Source: Minutocellus sp. GHC0000111
Taxonomy: Eukaryota
NCBI GenBank assembly: GCA_977018835.1
Contig: OZ361260.1
Coordinates: 2,480,001 to 2,544,000, forward strand
Direction of reading: 5' to 3'
DNA length: 64,000 nucleotides
The notes beneath the pieces were generated by a model. The model made no database searches. It had not been told where the DNA came from and worked only from the letters and a program-made list of their open reading frames with translations. The translations under genes and the position numbers were made by a program. Every line of letters starts with the position of its first letter. Position 1 is the stretch's first letter. Below are positions 63,510 through 64,000 of this stretch, in pieces.

Positions 63510-64000
63510 ATGCCCAACCCACTCTTCGACGCAACCTCGAGCGAAAAGCCCAAGCTCCTTACCATATCCTTTGCCAGCGATCCATCGGCGTCACTCGGCG
63601 CTCAGCTGACAAATCTCGACCATGACGATCCCTCAGAAATGTTCACCCCCTGCTATGCTGCCATCTCGCGTCTGCTCGATGGTGAGACCATTGCTCGCAA
63701 ATGTGGCGTCCAGGCGGGAGATTGCATCGTCGCCGTCAATGGCCAGGGATATCGGCGCTTCAAGCCGGATTATTCGGAAGATGATTTGGAGGACTTGACA
63801 GCTGCCATTGAGGGCATAAGCGTCAGTTCGAATGATAACGACGAAGCCAAGAAGAACAAGGCAGCGGTGCTGACTGGCAAGAAGGCCGGAGGACACTACG
63901 CTGCCGTTCTAGATAAAATCAAGGAGGTTAAGAAGGCCGCCGACGCGGCCAACCCATTGTGTCTGCATTTGGAGTTGTACGATTGGGATGCGCGGGTCAA
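63510..64000 (+). CDS. PDZ-domain protein, 3' truncated by the window end
   Basis: Frame open from ATG 63510: SLGAQL...IARKCGVQAGDCIVAVNG. Confidence 0.7.
   Translation, partial: MPNPLFDATSSEKPKLLTISFASDPSASLGAQLTNLDHDDPSEMFTPCYAAISRLLDGETIARKCGVQAGDCIVAVNGQGYRRFKPDYSEDDLEDLTAAIEGISVSSNDNDEAKKNKAAVLTGKKAGGHYAAVLDKIKEVKKAADAANPLCLHLELYDWDARV

Overview
Gene-dense eukaryotic nuclear DNA, most likely a diatom or related ochrophyte. This is inferred from short spliceosomal introns, bipartite signal-peptide+'F' plastid presequences, DDEL-ending BiP, PNO, and ShK-P4H and Sel1-MYND genes. The window holds about 27 protein genes, a palindrome-rich MITE-like element at the left edge, and two degenerate copies of a CACAG...CTGTG DNA transposon (Chapaev/Transib/RAG1-like transposase remnant). 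Highlights: (1) the two transposon copies differ mainly at TpA versus CpA/TpG dinucleotides in a pattern pointing to loss of TpA, the reverse of fungal RIP, a candidate repeat-directed mutation system; (2) a 368-aa orphan ORF sits antisense inside a 1.35-kb intron of ISCA2; (3) a head-to-head BiP pair has a sharply bounded gene-conversion tract; (4) a bacterial-type MBL-hydrolase/receiver/GAF fusion lies next to a pyruvate:NADP+ oxidoreductase; (5) at least six genes carry stops, frameshifts or truncations (degenerating haplotype or assembly error). All calls were made by eye from motifs; no database search was run.
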